The position numbers and the translations under genes were made by a program. The notes under the pieces are model-generated. The model did no database searches. It saw only the letters and a program-made list of their open reading frames with translations, and was not told the origin of the DNA. A DNA stretch of 63,274 nucleotides, filler included, from Guillardia theta CCMP2712 (taxonomy: Eukaryota; Protista; Cryptophyta): NCBI RefSeq assembly GCF_000315625.1. It is 5 parts of 5 records of this genome, joined end to end, with 100 filler letters (N's around TTAATTAATTAA, not from the genome) between each part and the next. Parts side by side here need not be neighbours in the genome. Positions count along the whole stretch, not along the records: positions 59,982 to 63,274 come from NW_005434097.1; 4 more parts are not named here. One strand, 5' to 3'. Shown in pieces: positions 60,857 through 63,274 of this stretch (positions within the stretch are counted from its first letter, which is position 1; each line of letters opens with the position of its first letter).

Positions 60857-61694
60857 TGTTGTATTCTGGGCTCATACCGTACGCCCCTAGGGAAATAGGA
60901 TGACGATGCAGATCCCTGCAGTGGTGCTGCTGATCTGATGAGTGCGTGTACTTAATAAACAGTAATCCTAAGATCATCTGAGCTCAACGTCTTACGCAAG
61001 GTTGTGTGTACATCACATGGTAGCGAATTGGTTCACATTTCAGCTTTGATTCAGAATCTCAAACGATTCCAAGAATGATTTCAGCAAAGCAAGCAAGCAA
61101 ACTGTTGAAAGTGAAAAGATCGCGTAAGGCTCAGAACAGTGAACGAAGGATTCCGAGATCTACGGAACAAGTTGCTGATTCAACTTCAATCCACCCAAAT
61201 GTTGAAGCTCAACAATTTCAATTTCCCCGTCCTTTTTCCATAACGAGAGATGATGATTCAATTATGCAAGATCGACCACAGCAGGATTCCCATCCAGCTT
61301 CTGGTGCTCGCCCATTTTGTTTCACGCCAGTACCAGCCCCGTCTATCTTCGTTCATGCGTCTCCAGCTCCGCATGCTTCCCGTAATTCTGCTTTTGGTGC
61401 ATTCTCTCCGCGTACCCCTGCCGCAGAGCCCATCCCTGCAATGTCTTCAGGTCGAAATTCTCCTACCACCAGCGACAAAGAACCATCTCTTCGTCAACTT
61501 TTCGCTTTACTCCTGCAACAGAACGCAGATGCCCGCAAGGATGCCCAGCAACGTCAAGAAGAACTTGAACGCAAGCTGGATCATCAATCTGAGCAATCTC
61601 AGGAATTCAATGATCGTCTCCTTGCTCAATCATACGAACTTCAAGACCACCTATTTCTACCTCTGTGTCCTTGCGCAAGGTTGTGTATACAACA
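60857..61694 (+). mobile_element. Internally deleted LTR retrotransposon (5' LTR, PBS, gag-like 5' ORF, 3' LTR tip)
   Basis: TGTTGTAT..ATACAACA termini; 5-bp TSD GTATC (60852-60856 and 61695-61699); LTR end 60991-61015 repeated at 61670-61694; PBS-like TGGTAGCG at 61018; ORF from 61075 with Pro-rich and coiled-coil segments. Confidence 0.85.
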
Positions 61695-61738
61695 GTATCT
61701 TTATTGACCATCAGCTTTCCTATAGCGTATACTAGCGT

Positions 61739-62272
61739 CTACTGCCCTGCCCGGATCCCTACTTGCCTGTACGGCCATCTCTTTACCCCCAGCTGCCTGC
61801 ACACAAGCTTCATTGTCGACTTGCCGATGCCGATCTTGGCCGCCGCGACCTCGAGGCTCTCGTGGAAGTGGCAGGACAGCAGCTCCAGGGTGATCTCTAC
61901 GGGCTTGTCTGACCTTGCATGCGGCTGACGGGATTGTATGTGGACAACTCTGCAGAGCTTGGGAGGAGGCTTGGCTGGAGAGGTCTGCGCAGCAGGCCTC
62001 GGTGGGGCTGCTGAGGGTTGTACCAGTAGGGGCGAGAGGGGAAACGCTGGTCCTGACGAGGATGAAGGAGGATGTGCTGAAGACGTGCTGCAGTCGTCGG
62101 ATGAAGTGGAGGGAAGTGGGTAGGGAAACAGTTGGATCCAGGGGCAGTCATCAGGGTCGTCCAAGGGGGAGAATGGGTCAGAGCTGAGGGGCAAGGATGG
62201 TTCTTGCAACGAGCAAGAAAGGAAGTAAGGGTCGAGAGGGAGGAGGAGAGCGGATGGTATCAAGTCTTCCAT
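61739..62272 (-). CDS. RWP-RK domain transcription factor
   Basis: ITLELLSCHFHESLEVAAAKIGIGKSTMKLVCRQLGVKRWPYRQ. Confidence 0.92.
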   Translation of the reverse strand: MEDLIPSALLLPLDPYFLSCSLQEPSLPLSSDPFSPLDDPDDCPWIQLFPYPLPSTSSDDCSTSSAHPPSSSSGPAFPLSPLLVQPSAAPPRPAAQTSPAKPPPKLCRVVHIQSRQPHARSDKPVEITLELLSCHFHESLEVAAAKIGIGKSTMKLVCRQLGVKRWPYRQVGIRAGQ

Positions 62273-62935
62273 GATGATAGTAAGATCAGAGTTCTCTTGC
62301 GTGATGGTGGGAGGGGGGGGGGGGGGGTGCGATAGTAGTGTGGAGGAGGCGAGGATGTGTTTTAACGGGGCGCAGCTGTAGTAAAAAGGTGATTAATGAC
62401 AATTATATCCCTACCCCCTACCCCCTACCCCTACCCCTTTCACTCTGCCCGGGACAATCTTTGAGATCGGAGGCCAGAAAGCGGTGCGTCTTTGCGACGG
62501 ATGGCCTTGTCACTGCAAGCTTCCGGGTCAGACGGTCACGCCTGGAGGCCGACGTGCCGGAACAAGGTTATGATGATTGTAATTATAGAGCTTAACTCGC
62601 CTCTGAAAGACAGGGAAAACGACTTGAACGAGGGGGTAGGGGTGTATGATAAGCGTTTACTACTGCAGTGACCTACTACCCGTACTTGTCTCAAACATTG
62701 GTCAGGGGTGGTACCTTTGACCTCCACTAGCTCTCTTGTGCTCCACTCCCGGACGCCACATACTCCTCCCCTCCCCCCTCCTCTCTGTATAACACCTTGA
62801 CGTTCCCTCTCCGCCCCTACATCTCCCTCCCCCCTCTACCTGCTCTGTCTGCTCAGCTCTACTGCCCGTATCGCCTACAAGGTCCTGTCTCCTGCCTTTC
62901 CTCCAACCCATCGCACTACTCTTCTTCTTCTCGAC

Positions 62936-63274
62936 ATGACGGCTGCCTGCCCTACCTCCCACGACTGGCATCCTCTCTCTCCCCTCCCCGCTGATCTCTT
63001 CCTCGCCCTCGAGTCCCCTTGCCCTGCTTCCTCCTCCCTCTCTGTCTCCTCCCTCCACGTCCTGTCTGTCTCCCTCAGCCGTCTCGTTCACCTCGGCTTC
63101 GTGGTGCTGGTGCTGGCGGCGGCGCTGGTGCAGCTCGTCCTCGCCGACGACCTGGAGGAGGCGACGAGGCCGCAGCCCGACTCTGCCAGGCCTGCAGCGG
63201 CCGACCCGCCGGCTTGCGGCTACACGAGCGGAGGCTTCGACCGACGGAAGATGCTGCAGCCGAGCTTCGGGCAG
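62936..63274 (+). CDS. 5' part of a hypothetical secreted/membrane protein (runs off the window)
   Basis: Open frame with the hydrophobic stretch LGFVVLVLAAALVQLVLA followed by GC3-rich codons. Confidence 0.45.
   Translation, partial: MTAACPTSHDWHPLSPLPADLFLALESPCPASSSLSVSSLHVLSVSLSRLVHLGFVVLVLAAALVQLVLADDLEEATRPQPDSARPAAADPPACGYTSGGFDRRKMLQPSFGQ

Overview
Eukaryotic, intron-rich nuclear DNA, most likely from a cryptophyte alga (Guillardia/Hanusia-like). This assignment is inferred from ~40-55 nt GT-AG introns with CTGAC/CTGAT branch motifs, a bipartite plastid-targeting leader, and RWP-RK and SHAQKYF-type Myb genes. The window is not contiguous: five contigs are joined by artificial N44-TTAATTAATTAA-N44 linkers (about 17.0, 31.4, 52.6 and 59.9 kb). 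Recognisable genes are a pseudokinase-U-box-membrane protein, a RING-CH E3 ligase, an MDR-family oxidoreductase, a GT-A glycosyltransferase, NSUN2/Trm4, MSP1/ATAD1, HPPD, RIC1, a CHD remodeler and an RWP-RK factor, plus several orphan genes and a deleted LTR element. Two results stand out. (1) The CHD ATPase carries an N-terminal SAWADEE (SHH1-type tandem Tudor) domain that is visible only after splicing seven small exons. (2) A ~10.4 kb nested palindrome holds six alternating-orientation Myb genes with mosaic polymorphisms and hairpin-marked junctions. All gene models were spliced by eye; no database search was run.
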